From positions 3,359,117-3,423,116 of the forward strand of contig CAVNZM010000012.1 in NCBI GenBank assembly GCA_963693365.1: a stretch of 64,000 nt of DNA, written 5' to 3'. The translations under genes and the position numbers were made by a program. Below are positions 1 to 13,263 of this stretch, one piece after another. Source of the stretch: Amoebidium appalachense (lineage: Eukaryota; Protista; Ichthyosporea). The notes under the pieces were generated by a model. The model ran no database searches. It was not told where the DNA came from and was given only the letters and a program-made list of their open reading frames with translations. Within the stretch, counting starts at the first letter, position 1. Every line of letters begins with the position of its first letter.

Positions 1-365
1 TACAGTGTTGTACGTATGGTACAGTAAGCTCCGAGGCGCGGCCGTGCAATACAGTTTTTGCGCAAAATCCATAGCAAATACATGATCCCATTGGTCGCAA
101 ATCACATAGGTATTTGGATACATATGTCGCCATTTTGGACCACCATCCTGGCAGGCACCCGACGGCCACATAAATGCGCCATACCAATTCACCTGGCTTG
201 CACCAGGTAGAGCCCGAGCCCCCAATGGTGACCACTACTACCTCCACAAAGACAGACACGCCGGCCAGTCGATCTGGCTACTACAAAAGTACCAGTGACC
301 GCCTGGACTAAGTTAACTTACCACAAAACTGATACCTCGTGACCGGATGCCGCTGAGGAAGGTAA

Positions 366-398
366 AACACACACACACGGCACACACACACACACACG

Positions 399-442
<44 letters not shown>

Positions 443-540
443 GCACATGTACACGCACACTGCCACACACACGCACACAGGCACACACACTGGCACATAC
501 CGCACACCACATGCACCCGCACTCTTGACACATGCACTCA
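366..540. repeat. (CA)n microsatellite, imperfect
   Basis: Directly visible CA dinucleotide run; the HT/CV-repeat ORFs here are its translation artefacts. Confidence 0.95.
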
Positions 541-887
541 GTCGCACGTGCCCTTTAGATCTAGACTTAGTGTGTGTATAGCCGCAGCAAAAAAATGTAT
601 ATTTAAAATGGCATGTAAATGTATATGATGGGCCATTATAGGGCGTCCCCTGCTGTGCAGTGTCCTATTTTGGAAATGGCTGATGGATTTTGGGACTTTG
701 CCACAGCCACGCGCGACACTCCCCATCGGTGTCTCTTAGCAACCCGCTGGCCGGGCGATAGCTTTCTCACCTCTCTGCTTACTTTTTCTTTTCGTTGTCT
801 CTAGGTAGCTCTGCCTACTGTTTTTGCTTTTGCTTACCCTTGTCTCTTCTGCATGAGCTCGGGGCGAGCTCACCGCCGCCCGGGGGA

Positions 888-1219
888 TGTATGAGCGAGA
901 TATCCCTTGGATAGTCGGGCCTATAGACCCCCCTCTCTGATAGACCCCCCTGGCATGCCCCTAGCCTGCCGCACGCATCATGCCAGCTCAGTCTCTCGCT
1001 GGCGCTCTCTCGTTCAGGTCTGATCCTTTCTTGTTACACGTGTCGTAGCTCTCCCACGCGTCCGACAATACAGGCTCACCCACGTTATCACGAGATCAGT
1101 GTCTCTTTGCCTGTCTTGTCTCCTTTCCGTGCCTGGAGCACGTTGACACATCACCTTTGTATCATTTAGATAGATATCTCTTTTACCAGTGGTATTCGTA
1201 TGGGTAGACTGGCGTATCA
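888..1219 (+). mobile_element. Possible isolated 3' LTR of a Gypsy-like element
   Basis: Starts TGT (888), 16 nt after hairpin GAGCTCGGGGCGAGCTC (855-871). The same hairpin and spacing precede the 3' LTR at 47215. Candidate CA end at 1219. No partner LTR in the window. Confidence 0.3.
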
Positions 1220-1807
1220 TAATGTTACGTAGCCCTTATTGCTTCACAGTTTAAGGCCAAAAGGTGAGGCGGCCCGAAACACGTTTACAGGTGTAGGCCT
1301 TTTGTCACTTGTGAACCCAGCGGAATTACGTTTCCATGTTTCCATGTTTTGCCTCGCGGGTATTTTTGTCACACCCTTTTACTCTCTTCCTCTGTACTCA
1401 TTTTCACGCTTGGTAGAGATGTTGCACTAAGTCGCACGAATGGAATTTCGTTGGCAGTCAGTAAAGCTCTGTCTAGAAAACCGTTTGGCCGGGCGGTGTA
1501 TAGGTCGGTGCAGGGCTACAGCCACTTGTTGTAACGGTGAGTGCTTTTTTTTTTTTTCGCACATCATTTTAAGTGTGCCTCTCTCTCTTCTACCCCCATC
1601 TTCCCCATCCCCCCCCCCCCCCCCCCCCCCCCCCCCTTCCCCCCTTCTCTATCTTTTCCCGTGACCCTCTTTTCTCTTTTCTTGCCCCTTCTCCATCTCC
1701 GCGCCGTTCGCGTGCTCCCTTACATACAGATCCGCTCTGTATTCGCTATGTACTTGGATCGCTCGAATGGAACAAAAGTCGCATGATGGATCAGCCATCA
1801 GCGCGCG

Positions 1808-1880
1808 TACCTTTTGGCCTAGCGGTTAGAGCTCCCAGCTCGCAGCCGCGAGGATTGAGGTTCGAGTCCCCAACCCGCCA
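1808..1880 (+). ncRNA. tRNA-derived Pol III element (SINE head or tRNA pseudogene)
   Basis: A-box-like TGGCCTAGCGG (1815-1825) and B-box GGTTCGAGTCC (1859-1869) at tRNA spacing; acceptor stem does not pair well. Confidence 0.4.
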
Positions 1881-2070
1881 TGCCAAATTTTGTGTCCCCG
1901 AGACGCATCAAAGTTTACAGTATCCCCCCCCTCCTCCCCCTCCATTTTGTTTTAGTCCTATGTCTTTATACCCCCTTGTTACTTGCAATACTTTTCTTTC
2001 TTCGAAACATCCCTCACTCCCCTCACCCCCTTCCCCCCCAAAACCATCACCACGGACGCTGCCAGTGTAA

Positions 2071-4410
<2,340 letters not shown>

Positions 4411-4745
4411 TATAACCCTCTCTTCTCTTATGTAGTATCGTAGGAACGCTTGACAAAGGTACTACACGGGTGTTGGTTGGATGATGACAGTACATGTACC
4501 AGTGGGATTGATGCTGTTTACTCCAGGCAATGTACCAGTATGTCGATTGATTTAGCTAATATTAGATCTATGTTTAACTGTGTGTTGTTTTTTCTCCTTT
4601 TTGTATTTAAGGCCTGGCCGGCCTCATAAAATGCTATCTAATCTTACTCGAAATTGAGCTTTTTTTGGCCTTGAAGGCCGATCTTAATAAAGTACTGTGA
4701 ATGTGTCCCCTGATGAGGGACTCTAGTCGATATATCTGCAAAACG

Positions 4746-4837
<92 letters not shown>

Positions 4838-5074
4838 AAAACAAACAAAAAAGAAAGAAAAAAAGAGCGAGAGAATCCTTGTTTCTCGTATGTTACCAGC
4901 ACGTAAGCAAGTATTTTATTCATTCACAATACATTGTTAGATATGTGTAGTATATTATGGTGTTATTATTTTTTGGTTTACAATATGGTGTCCACGTTCC
5001 CAATATATCGTTATTGACGACCAACTACTATGGTAGTATAATGCTATGATGACAATTTGTGCATGCGTTACTTA

Positions 5075-5415
5075 ATAAGCATCGGGTTTTTTCACTAACT
5101 ACCCACAGAGTAGCTTTTAGCACGATAAATTCACCACAAATTATAAGGGGGGATGGTGAATGTGCCCTTGGAGTACGAGGGTCACACGAAAAAAACACAA
5201 CGTTGTAGCTCGTATAGAACCCCCCTTGTAGCATAGTATATGTCCATGTGTTACCTAGACATTTTTGGTTTTTTCAATAACTACCCACAGAACAGCCTCT
5301 AGCACGAGAAATTTACCACAACGTTTATGGGGGGGATGGTGAATGTGCCCCTGGAGTACGAGGGTCACACGAAAAAAACACAAACGTTGTAGCTCGAATA
5401 GAACCCCCCTCGTAG
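5075..5415. repeat. ~2 copies of the 183-bp satellite unit
   Basis: Same unit (ACTACCCACAGA...CTAGCACGAGAAATTTACCACAAC...GGAGTACGAGGGTCACACG) as at 10209-11125. Confidence 0.9.
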
Positions 5416-5479
5416 CGCATCCACCCCTAAACCAGGCCATCCGTGGCCCTAAGGGCCGGGGAACACCCCCATCCATGTC

Positions 5480-6664
5480 ATGGCACATGCCTATAATCGT
5501 TTCAGAACCTCTTTCAAAGTTCCATCTACACCCATCACACATGTGCGACCATTAAAACGTCCAGCAGATACACCTACCACAGATGCACAACCAGAAAAAC
5601 ATCGCCTTAGACTAAGCGCAACACCTATTTACAATACACTACCCATTCAGAATAACACCACACCACTCCGTAGAAACACAATAACAACCATGCCGAAACT
5701 TTCGGTTGATACAGTACTGGCAGAACTTGCCCTCGTTAAGAAACAGCTAAATGAGCTGTTACCACTCAAGAACATGATAGAAAAACTCCAAACAGAAAAT
5801 ACCCAACTCAAGCTCACCATTGATTCACTCACAGCCCAGCTAAACATTAGTGGATCGCAAAACCCCAAAACTCATGAGCAAACATCTCGCGACGGAGACA
5901 TTTCCACCCCAACACAAAACAACACAGGACCGGAAGCACAGCTCCCGGCAGAGTTCCTAGAATATGCGAACTCTCGTAAAACACCCGAGCTCCGCCAAAT
6001 TGCCAAGGAAACATATGCCAGCATTCTTGCAGGCAACGAGTACCGCCGCAACTCCCCTCCCAAACCGCCGGCTAAGGGGAACACCCAAGCAAACGGTAAC
6101 ATCAACATCCCACCCAAATACGAGAGGGTGTATTTCAAAGTCAAGCACGGCAGACGCCCACACAGGGCCATGTGGTCCATCTTCAAGGCTCTCGGCTTCC
6201 GGTGCTCTCGCATCCTTTGTCTGTCCTTCATTGGATACGATGTGCTGGAAGTAGCAGTACGGGGCGACTATAACCGTGCGTTCATCCGTGACGCGACAAA
6301 GGGGTGTGGAAGCTTCTTCACCCACCTCCCAAGCTACGACCCATGCGCGCCGGAAAACATTCAGAAAGCAGACAAAGAACGTAAAGTGTCTGCTAAGAAT
6401 GCGTGCGCCACACGTTGTCGTGTACGCATCAGCAAGGCAAAAGAGTTCCTCGCAAAGTTGGAAAACGATGCTACGAGCGTGATAGACACGGACACGAAGG
6501 AACCAATGTTTTCTGGTGAGAAACTGCTCGAGCGCAAACGCCGATGCGAGATGGAAATCGAGCTCTTCTGCGAACTGTTCGCGCTGGCGGAAGGTCGTGC
6601 ATACGACCCCGTAAGCGACAAGTGGGAACCAACCCCACAGGTGTCGGACCAAACCGATGCCTAA
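5480..6664 (+). CDS. LINE ORF1 protein (coiled-coil, putative nucleic-acid chaperone)
   Basis: 394 aa, heptad-like segment LAELALVKKQLNELLPLKNMIEKLQTENTQLKLTIDSL; overlaps ORF2 start by 8 nt. Assigned by position. Confidence 0.75.
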   Translation: MAHAYNRFRTSFKVPSTPITHVRPLKRPADTPTTDAQPEKHRLRLSATPIYNTLPIQNNTTPLRRNTITTMPKLSVDTVLAELALVKKQLNELLPLKNMIEKLQTENTQLKLTIDSLTAQLNISGSQNPKTHEQTSRDGDISTPTQNNTGPEAQLPAEFLEYANSRKTPELRQIAKETYASILAGNEYRRNSPPKPPAKGNTQANGNINIPPKYERVYFKVKHGRRPHRAMWSIFKALGFRCSRILCLSFIGYDVLEVAVRGDYNRAFIRDATKGCGSFFTHLPSYDPCAPENIQKADKERKVSAKNACATRCRVRISKAKEFLAKLENDATSVIDTDTKEPMFSGEKLLERKRRCEMEIELFCELFALAEGRAYDPVSDKWEPTPQVSDQTDA

Positions 6665-9600
6665 TTTATCCTTCTTCTTCTGGAATGCTCGGACACTGGG
6701 CCCCCAAAAGGGCCTCCCCCCCGGGACACTCGACGATAAAATCAGCTACATACAACAACAGACAAACAACCACACGTTTACAGTGATTTGCGAAACACAG
6801 TTTAAAAACCACCACAAATTCAACTCTACATTGGTCGACACATCCACACACCCCGGTTACGCGAAAAACCGAGGCATTATTGTACTTGCCGCACCACACG
6901 TGAGAGTGAAGTGCAAACCGGTAGCAAAAACGGAATTCTCGGTTTCTATAGAGTTTCTTTCTAATGTTTTTACTTTTGTATATTACCCACCATCTATGTC
7001 GGTTGTCGAATTGACTCACGAGTTGTCACAGTTACCAATGTCCACTGTTATTTTAGGTGATTTTAACACGCGACTCCACCACACAGACACACTGCAAGTG
7101 AGTGTCGGGTACCCATCTAAGCCCCCGGAGCGTGCTATCCCTTTAGCAAGGTATGTCCAAAGTCACACTTTGCGGTTCCCTCAAATATCCCATGCCCACA
7201 ACACCGACTGGGGAGTGGCCTTTTGGCCATCAACCATGTCAAAACTCTCTCTCCCTCCTAACCTCTCTAGGTCATCTGACCACTCTCCTATCCTTTTCCT
7301 ACCTAAGATCTCCCTTGATCTGCTCCCCCCTCCCCCTCCCACCTTTCGCCTCCGTCTATCCCAGCTTAAGTCACAGTGGGGTAGAGTTGATGTATGTGTA
7401 TGCTATGCTACGAAACACCCTATATATATGCGCCTATTAGAATCTGCACAAGCCAGGCCAGATTCACATCTCGTACTAGATACATGCACTAACTTTATTG
7501 TTGATGATTTGATAGATCTCGGTGATTATGCTGGCGGTGGTAGGAAGGAATATCCCGATGCTCTCTTGTTACCAAACACCACTCCCGCTAGACTAGGTGA
7601 ACCCCTGTCTCAAAAGGAAAGCTTGCGCCGGCTTGCTAGTATGAATCGATTTGGCCCCCCTGCTCGTATTATTGGTGATACCACTGGAGACCCCCTCATA
7701 GACTCTGATAAGTATTTCTCGGAACTGTTTAAAGATAGGACCCCCGCTCAGAAACCTATTGTGTGGCCTGTAGACCCATCTATCCCCATAGAATCGATCC
7801 TCCCCTTTTTCAGTCCCGATGCCATATGGTCTGTGATATCTAGTTATAGCTCTAGTAAGTCTTGTGGACCTGATGGACTCCCTGCTGGGTTTCTTAAAAT
7901 CCTTGTTCCCTCCTACCCACAAAAGGAAAGTGATCGTGCTATTAAACCTGATCTTACTATCATGTTAAGCTCTCTCTTTTCTTGGTGTGTTAAATGTGGA
8001 CATGTCCCGTCATCTTGGTTAGATACCTTAGTGATCCCCATAGTTAAGAAGGACTCTGAGGGCCCCATATCATCCTTTCGCCCCATTACACTAACCCAGG
8101 TTGTTCGTAGATTCTTTGAAGCTTGCTTACTTAGGTTATTTGCACATCACCCTAGGTTTCAATCTATTCTTCACATACACCCATGCCAATCCGCTTTTCG
8201 TAAAAACAATTCATGTTATGTTCAAATAATGGCACTGCACGATTCTATGCAAGTTGGTGCACAATATGTTGGCTTTATTGATTGGAAAACTGCTTACGAT
8301 TCTGTCTCCCCTGGTCTCCTATGGGAAAAGCTTGCTGCACGGGGTGTACCACACTGCATTGGTGTTCTGTTAGAAGCACTCTTGTCTCAAACCTATGGTA
8401 GAGCTGTGGTTAATGGGCATCTTTCATATGGTTTTGCTCGTACTAGAGGTCTCTTGCAGGGTTCATTGCTTAGCCCCTTTTTGTTTAACCTATTTATAGA
8501 TGATTTGGCTGTCAAGATTTACGCCGAAAACGATGACCCTATTAATAACTTTCCGCCTGCACTTCTCTATGCTGATGATCTGTCCCTCCTTGCCCGTACC
8601 CCTAGACGCCTGCAAAGATTGTTCGATGTAGTGTCAGAGTGGTGCAAGGCAAACCTTATGATCCTTAACATAGACAAATGTGGTGTTCTTGTACCTGATA
8701 TAGCTAACAATTTACACACATTTACATTATCATCTAAACCTGTACCTATAGTTCCAGAATACAAATATCTTGGTGTTCCGGTTGATTCTGTTGGTGTTAT
8801 GTTTCCCCATATGGTCGAAAAGAGGGTAGAGTTGGCTCGTAAGCGGTTAGCTTTCTTCTCGGCTAATATTTTTAAAGACACACCCCTCCATCCTTCTATT
8901 AGACTTACATTTATTCGCACTTTTGTCTTCCCGGCATGTGAATATGGTTTACCCCTTCTCGCCGCTTGGATCAAGAAAGAGAGAACTAGAGCGCTTAAAC
9001 CCTTGGCAAATTTCCTTGAAGCAGAAGTTGCCTCCTTTCTATCTAACAACTGTTGTAAACCTGGGCCTGTAACGCTCTCGATATATGGTCTGGTCCCAAT
9101 AGCTGCTAGAGTATCCTATCTCGCGCTGAAATTCAATAAGCACATAAGCCGCTTAAAGAAGTATTTGCCCTCCCACCCTCTCTTCTCTATCCGACCTGTC
9201 CCCTCCTCACCTCTCCCCTCTTTCCTCCCCTCTCTCTCCCCTTCTCCCCTGGGCACAAATACAAATAAACCCCGCAATAGTGTGTGTGTGACTTTGGACT
9301 GCCACTTACTTATTAAACATGTACACAATCACAAGATAATCACGCAATATAACAAATGGAAAAAGATACCACACGACACTAGACCCGATGAAAGCATACA
9401 CCTTGAAAAACTAAGCCTTATGTCTCGTTTTATATATACTGACCGCCTCAACCATATTGCCAAATATGGCACTCGCAAGTGTATAACACCTAAATACATA
9501 TTACCTTCCTGTAGAACTGGTCTTTCTCTAGCTGATGGTATTATTGATCAATTACCACGCTTTTACTGTACACGTGCTATACAGTGGAGATCTAATAAGT

Positions 9601-9863
9601 ATAAGGTGGCATCATTTGCATGCCCAAACAACAGTGTCACACACACACACCAGTTTAACCGGTCATGTATCGCCAAATGTAGTTTGATAGACCACATAAT
9701 ACCGCAACACACACACGTCACATTCACAACAGACACCCAGAAAGATACTATTAGCCTACCTGTAAATTACAACATCCTTGATTTTATACTAAACACGCGT
9801 AACTACGACCTGTTTATTAGATGTATTGATTGGCTTGAGAAACACATCACTACAAAATTATAG
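6657..9863 (+). CDS. LINE ORF2: APE endonuclease + reverse transcriptase
   Basis: EN motifs WNAR, ICET, ILGDFN, SDHSPI. RT motifs GPDGLP, FRPITL, QSAFR, DWKTAYDSV, GLLQGSLLSPFLF, YADD, YKYLGV. Uninterrupted 1068 aa. Confidence 0.97.
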   Translation: MPNLSFFFWNARTLGPQKGLPPGTLDDKISYIQQQTNNHTFTVICETQFKNHHKFNSTLVDTSTHPGYAKNRGIIVLAAPHVRVKCKPVAKTEFSVSIEFLSNVFTFVYYPPSMSVVELTHELSQLPMSTVILGDFNTRLHHTDTLQVSVGYPSKPPERAIPLARYVQSHTLRFPQISHAHNTDWGVAFWPSTMSKLSLPPNLSRSSDHSPILFLPKISLDLLPPPPPTFRLRLSQLKSQWGRVDVCVCYATKHPIYMRLLESAQARPDSHLVLDTCTNFIVDDLIDLGDYAGGGRKEYPDALLLPNTTPARLGEPLSQKESLRRLASMNRFGPPARIIGDTTGDPLIDSDKYFSELFKDRTPAQKPIVWPVDPSIPIESILPFFSPDAIWSVISSYSSSKSCGPDGLPAGFLKILVPSYPQKESDRAIKPDLTIMLSSLFSWCVKCGHVPSSWLDTLVIPIVKKDSEGPISSFRPITLTQVVRRFFEACLLRLFAHHPRFQSILHIHPCQSAFRKNNSCYVQIMALHDSMQVGAQYVGFIDWKTAYDSVSPGLLWEKLAARGVPHCIGVLLEALLSQTYGRAVVNGHLSYGFARTRGLLQGSLLSPFLFNLFIDDLAVKIYAENDDPINNFPPALLYADDLSLLARTPRRLQRLFDVVSEWCKANLMILNIDKCGVLVPDIANNLHTFTLSSKPVPIVPEYKYLGVPVDSVGVMFPHMVEKRVELARKRLAFFSANIFKDTPLHPSIRLTFIRTFVFPACEYGLPLLAAWIKKERTRALKPLANFLEAEVASFLSNNCCKPGPVTLSIYGLVPIAARVSYLALKFNKHISRLKKYLPSHPLFSIRPVPSSPLPSFLPSLSPSPLGTNTNKPRNSVCVTLDCHLLIKHVHNHKIITQYNKWKKIPHDTRPDESIHLEKLSLMSRFIYTDRLNHIAKYGTRKCITPKYILPSCRTGLSLADGIIDQLPRFYCTRAIQWRSNKYKVASFACPNNSVTHTHQFNRSCIAKCSLIDHIIPQHTHVTFTTDTQKDTISLPVNYNILDFILNTRNYDLFIRCIDWLEKHITTKL

Positions 9864-9883
9864 CGCACGCGCGCACACACACA

Positions 9884-9936
<53 letters not shown>

Positions 9937-9968
9937 CCAGCTGATACCGAGTGTCCCGAGGGGAGCCC

Positions 9969-10010
<42 letters not shown>

Positions 10011-10208
10011 GGGGAACCCCAACTAATTGATTTCTCCTTGTAGTCTTTATGGTGTCTCGTAGAGAAAGTAAACCCTGATATATAGTCACCACCCGACATC
10101 TATGTACGTGATCATGATATACCGCTGAGGGGATATTCCGAGCAAAACCCCCCCCCCCATACCTGAGACTGGTTCTCTTTGCCTCGAGTAAACAGCGTAA
10201 ACCCCCTA

Positions 10209-11260
10209 TAGTATATGTCCATGTGTTACCTACACAGTTTTGGTTTTTTCAATAACTACCCACAGAACAGCTTCTAGCACGAGAAATTTACCACAACGTT
10301 TATGGGGGGGATGGTGAATGTGCCCCTGGAGTACGAGGGTCACACGAAAAAAACACAACGTTGTAGCTCGAATAGAACCCCCCTTGTAGCATAGTATATG
10401 TCCATGTGTTACCTACACAGTTTTGGTGTTTACAATAACTACCCACAGAGCAGCTTCTAGCACGAGAAATTTACCACAACGTTTATGGGGGGGATGGCGA
10501 ATGTGCCCCTGGAGTACGAGGGTCACACGAAAAAAACACAACGTTGTAGCTCGTATAGAACCCCCCTTGTAGCATAGTATATGTACATGTGTTACCTAGA
10601 CATTATTGGTTTTTTCAATAACTACCCACAGAACAGCTTCTAGCACGAGAAATTTACCACAACGTTTATGGGGGGGATGGTGAATGTGCCCCTGGAGTAC
10701 GAGGGTCACACGAAAAAAACACAACGTTGTAGCTCGTATAGAACCCCCCTTGTAGCATAATATATGTACATGTGTTACTTACGCATTATTGGTTTTTTCA
10801 ATAACTACCCACAGAACAGCTTCTAGCACGAGAACTTTACCACAATGTTTATGGGGGGGATGGTGAATGTGTCCCTGGAGTACGAGGGTCACACGAAAAA
10901 ACCACAACGTTGTAGCTTGTATAGAACCCCCCTTGTAGCATTGTATATGTACAAGTGTTACCTAGACATTATTGGTTTTTTCAATAACTACCCACAGAAC
11001 AGCTTCTAGCACGAGAAATTTACCACAAAGTTTATGGGGGGGATGGTGAATATGCCTCTGGAGTACGAGGGTCACACGAAAAAAACACATCATTGTAGCC
11101 CGGATTGAAACCCCCCTTGTACCATATATATCATATATCATGCGGCATGTGTTACTTTCGCGTTATTGGTTTCCTAGCACGAGATATTCAGCACACAGTT
11201 GGGGTTGTGGGGGCAGTGTACACCTACAATATCAGGGGTACCGCGCGGCAAAAACACCCC
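10209..11260. repeat. 183-bp tandem satellite, ~5 good copies plus one degenerate
   Basis: Unit landmarks at 10211, 10394, 10577, 10760, 10943 (period 183); decayed copy to ~11260. Confidence 0.95.
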
Positions 11261-12014
11261 CCCGGGGGGGGGGGGGGGGGGGGGGGTCCCGCGTGCGATG
11301 GTGCACTAATTATTACGTTAACTAGGCAGCCTGAGGGTATAGCATCAACGTTATTATATGTGCTGCTGAGTTTCTTTGGTTGTACACCCGTCACCAGTCA
11401 ATTTATTGGTGTTGGCGCCCACCTGTGACACCACCTCGGAAGACTGGGGTCACATAGACGGCCTGACGGTGGATGAGCTGGGTGCAGCCGTGGATGCCCT
11501 CAACACGGCCATTGCCGAGCAGCCCGAGTCAGTGACCCGCCTGCGGCTGGTGGTGGTGGACATGGACAGCAAGGGCAGGGTGCTACGCCGGTACGGGGAC
11601 CTGAGCACGGCCCTACCCCCCTCCAAGCTGTGCACCATGTACTTGGCCCACTCCCAGAAGCTGGGGCACTTCACGGCCATCACCTCGAGTGTCAGCACGG
11701 CCATCGAGCGCCTGCGGCACGACAACCACACGGGGGAGGCACGTCGGAGCCTCAGCACCTGCTTCCACTGCAACCAGACCGTGCAAGCCAAGAACATGGG
11801 GGTGCACCGTTGTGTGAACCGGTGTGAGAACTGTGGATCAAAGGGGGACCGCAACGACCAGGCCAACGCCTGTGTGTGGACCCCCGAGCGCCGTCTGCAG
11901 CTTGCACCGTGGGGCAGGGGAGGAGGCATGGCCTTACCGTTGTGACGACTGCTGTGGTCTCTTCCCTTCAGCCAAGTGCATGGCCAACCACAGCACCAGG
12001 CTCAAGGGGGTGGG

Positions 12015-13263
12015 TGTTGGAGTGCAGACTTACGCTCACTCCACAATATGTGTATGTTAGCTTTACAATTGGTTCCGTGTACACAGACACACGCTGACAC
12101 TCGATCACCACATGCACATCTGCATAGTTGAGGAATGTTGCCAATTGTGTTTTGACTGCAAACGATTGGTTCACTGGTCCCAGAGATCTCTAAATGAAAG
12201 TAACCAATCCGATTAGCACCTGGCATCCGGATTACATTCCAGACTGCTGCCCCACGGGTATATAAGCCACGTCTCTGCCAGGTGCAGACATGGAGTTAAG
12301 TCATGGAGTTAAGTCATGGAGTTCAGTCATGGAGTTCAGTCATGGAGTTCAGTCATGGAGTTCAGACATGGAGTTCAGTCATGGAGTTCAGTCATGGAGT
12401 TCAGTCATGGAGTTCAGTCATGGAGTTCAGTCATGGAGTTAACACACTGAAAGCAGTAAAAAACGGGTCAGCGCCCAAGCGCGCCACGACGACCCTAGTC
12501 ACAGCGGACTCTACTTCCAACAGGGTTATGGGCCCAGACACGACACCGCGGCCTCTAACTTCACGTCCCCTACGACGCCTTGAACGGAGGAGCCAGAAAC
12601 CGACTTCTAGGCTGTACCCTACACCCGCGAGCGTATTTCCGTGAAGTAGAGACTTTCGCTTCCACAAACTCCATCCGCAGCAGCCTGCGACATCAATGTG
12701 AACGTCAAGTATTCCACTTCATTGGCGGGGCACGCACCACAGTGGAATGCACACCCCGGTCTACCCTGCAAGCAGCCACACTCACTCTCTCTTCTCTAGT
12801 GGTGTGTACACTTCTCCAATTGGGTAGGGGTGTTGGAGTGCAGACTTACGCTCACTCCACAATATGTGTATGTTAGCTTTACAATTGGTTCCGTGTACAC
12901 AGACACACGCTGACACTCGATCACCACATGCACATCTGCATAGTTGAGGAATGTTGCCAATTGTGTTTTGACTGCAAACGATTGGTTCACTGGTCCCAGA
13001 GATCTCTAAATGAAAGTAACCAATCCGATTAGCACCTGGCATCCGGATTACATTCCAGACTGCTGCCCCACGGGTATATAAGCCACGTCTCTGCCAGGTG
13101 CAGAAATGGAGTTCAGTCATGGAGTTCAGTCATGGAGTTGAGTCATGGAGTAAAGACATGGAGTTCAGTCATGGAGTTAACACACTGAAAGCAGTAAAAA
13201 AACGGGTCAGCGCCCAAGCGCGCCACGACGAGGGCCTAGTCACAGCGGACTCTACTTCCAACA
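12015..13263 (+). mobile_element. Non-autonomous Copia-type LTR element (TRIM)
   Basis: LTRs 12015-12522 and 12831-13263 (TGTTGGA...TCCAACA); PBS GGTTATGGGCCCAG at 12524; purine tract GGGTAGGGG before the 3' LTR; 5-bp TSD GTGGG (12010-12014 and 13264-13268); 308-bp non-coding interior. Confidence 0.95.
12290..12441. repeat. 13-bp tandem repeat (ATGGAGTTCAGTC)n inside TRIM LTR
   Basis: About 12 copies in the 5' LTR and about 6 in the 3' LTR (13106-13180); accounts for most of the LTR length difference (508 vs 433 bp). Confidence 0.9.

Larger units (their letters stand above)
5465..10009 (+). mobile_element. Full-length non-LTR retrotransposon (LINE; ORF1 + APE-RT ORF2)
   Basis: Two overlapping ORFs, short 3' UTR with (CA)n, poly(A) at 9973-10009, candidate 8-bp TSD CGGGGAAC at 5457-5464 and 10010-10017. 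Confidence 0.92.

Noticed and set aside
10209-11125. CRISPR-like regular repeats
   Set aside because: The whole 183-bp unit repeats with no unique spacers and no cas genes; it is a satellite.
11222-11292. Left terminal inverted repeat matching the 47861-47937 hairpin (CTACAATA..AGGGG..CGCGGCA)
   Set aside because: The match is patchy, there is no TSD, the segment aligns as a degenerate satellite unit, and pPolB is already truncated just downstream.
12290-12441. 13-bp repeat array as CRISPR or coding repeat (MEFSHGVQSWSSV ORF)
   Set aside because: Head-to-tail minisatellite within an LTR, with no spacers.
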